Below are positions 6,440 to 7,555 of a stretch of DNA of 7,555 nt, piece after piece. The notes under the pieces are model-generated. The model worked only from the letters and a program-made list of their open reading frames with translations, ran no database searches and had not been told where the DNA came from. The stretch lies in assembly GCF_012571345.1 (NCBI RefSeq), contig NZ_CP046218.1, positions 460,182-467,736 of the forward strand, written 5' to 3'. Positions within the stretch are counted from its first letter, which is position 1, and each line of letters starts with the position of its first letter. The DNA is from Candidatus Saccharimonadota bacterium (GTDB lineage Bacteria; Pseudomonadota; Gammaproteobacteria; Enterobacterales; Enterobacteriaceae). The position numbers and the translations under genes are program-made.

Positions 6440-7447
6440 ATGAAATTAATAGATAAAGTAGTAATATTTGTTATGGCAGGTAAAGGAGGTAATGGATGTA
6501 TTAGTTTTCGACGTGAAAAATATATTCCTAAAGGCGGACCTGATGGTGGTAATGGTGGTAATGGTGGCAATATATACTTGATGTCTAGTAAATATATTAA
6601 TAATTTAAAACAGTATCATCATAAAAAATATTATGTATCAGAAAATGGTTCTAATGGCAGAAAATATCAATGTACAGGTAGTAAAGGCAAAGATTTAATT
6701 TTGTTAATTCCTTTAGGTACAATAGTTATTGATTTAGTAACCAAAATAATTATTAAAAAATTTAATAAAAATAATTATAAATTTTTAATTGCTAGGGGCG
6801 GTATGCATGGTTTAGGTAATGTATATTTTAAATCATCGACTAATAGAACTCCTTATCAAAACACCATAGGGAAGAATGGTGAATCTAAAAAAATACAGTT
6901 ACAACAAAACATTACAGTAGATGTTAGTGTATTAGGAATGCCCAATACTGGTAAATCTACTTTTATTACAAAAATATCTACAGCAAACACAAAAATTGCT
7001 GATTATCCTTTTACTACTCAAACACCTATTGTAGGTATGGTAAAAAATAATTCCTGCCGTTCTTTTATGATATTAGATACTCCAGGTATTATTACTAACT
7101 CCTTTAAAGGTGCTGGTTTAGGTTTAAAATTTATTAGACCATTGAAATATTGTAGTTTATTATTACATTTTATAGATATTACTACTATTAATAAGTATAA
7201 TTTACTTACTAATATTAATATCATTAATAATGAAATTATTCAATTAGATCCCTTAATTTATCAAAAAGAAACATGGATTGTTTTTAACAAAATTGATTTA
7301 ACAACTAATTTGAATAATATTAAACAAAATATATGTGATGCATTATTACAAACAAAATACAATAGATATTATTTTATTTCATCTAAAATAGGGATTGGCA
7401 TAAATAAATTACATCAAGATATTTACAAGTTTATAACATCTATTTAA
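6440..7447 (+). CDS. obgE: Obg-family GTPase (ObgE/CgtA)
   Basis: The 335-aa ORF has the N-terminal glycine-rich Obg fold (AG.GGNGC.SFRREKYIPKGGPDGGNGGNGGN). GTPase motifs present are G1 GMPNTGKST, G2 YPFTT, G3 DTPG and G4 NKID. The position downstream of rplU-rpmA matches E. coli. A GGAG SD at 6431-6434 lies 5 nt upstream of the ATG. The ORF lacks the roughly 55-aa acidic C-terminal tail of E. coli ObgE (390 aa). Confidence 0.93.
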   Translation: MKLIDKVVIFVMAGKGGNGCISFRREKYIPKGGPDGGNGGNGGNIYLMSSKYINNLKQYHHKKYYVSENGSNGRKYQCTGSKGKDLILLIPLGTIVIDLVTKIIIKKFNKNNYKFLIARGGMHGLGNVYFKSSTNRTPYQNTIGKNGESKKIQLQQNITVDVSVLGMPNTGKSTFITKISTANTKIADYPFTTQTPIVGMVKNNSCRSFMILDTPGIITNSFKGAGLGLKFIRPLKYCSLLLHFIDITTINKYNLLTNINIINNEIIQLDPLIYQKETWIVFNKIDLTTNLNNIKQNICDALLQTKYNRYYFISSKIGIGINKLHQDIYKFITSI

Positions 7448-7555
7448 TATATTTCATATTATTCACTTTATATATCATCAATATAAACTTCACCATTATA
7501 TTTTATTTATTGTAAACAATATGACATACATTTTATATAAAATAAATAATTCAAT

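Noticed and set aside
7018-7224. A 68-aa minus-strand ORF inside obgE.
   Set aside because: It is antisense to the conserved GTPase domain of obgE, has low-complexity I/L/K/V-rich content and no translation signals. It is most likely a chance ORF.
7521-7555. An ATG-initiated open frame (MTYILYKINNS...) running off the right edge of the window.
   Set aside because: Only 11 codons are visible, which is the typical chance run length here. There is no SD and no recognisable similarity, so it cannot be called.
1-7555. A check for tRNA/rRNA/ncRNA genes, CRISPR arrays, IS elements or terminal inverted repeats, prophage or defence genes, and pseudogene remnants.
   Set aside because: Intergenic spacers are 2-292 bp with no G/C-rich structured islands. 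There are no direct-repeat arrays and no unassigned ORFs. All ten genes are full-length and in frame. Nothing supports any of these feature classes.

Overview
This is an ordinary core housekeeping window from an extremely AT-rich genome; by eye only about one base in five is G/C. The proteins are rich in I/K/N/Y/F but clearly orthologous to E. coli proteins. Together this points to a reduced gammaproteobacterial (Enterobacterales-derived) genome, most likely an obligate insect endosymbiont of the Buchnera/Wigglesworthia/Blochmannia type. I cannot assign a species from sequence alone. Ten intact genes fill the window: infA (+), trxB (-), serS (+), argR (-), rplM, rpsI, murA, rplU, rpmA and obgE (all +). 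Two ORF-track starts should move downstream: argR to 3195 and rplU to 5779. I see no tRNA, rRNA, CRISPR array, mobile element, pseudogene or unexplained large ORF, and no evidence for a novel multi-gene system. The items worth a second look are modest. (1) The 292-bp argR-rplM spacer holds two interleaved near-consensus divergent promoters sharing a 9-bp inverted repeat, plus a palindrome in the rplM leader. (2) A well-conserved ArgR repressor is retained in a very reduced genome. (3) A 2-bp convergent serS|argR junction looks like a synteny breakpoint. (4) Long in-frame poly(A) tracts in serS and argR are potential slippage hot spots. (5) TrxB and Obg carry substitutions in otherwise conserved motifs, and Obg lacks its C-terminal tail. 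(6) Canonical terminators are absent, as are Shine-Dalgarno motifs for some genes. All protein comparisons rely on my memory of the E. coli sequences, not on a database search.
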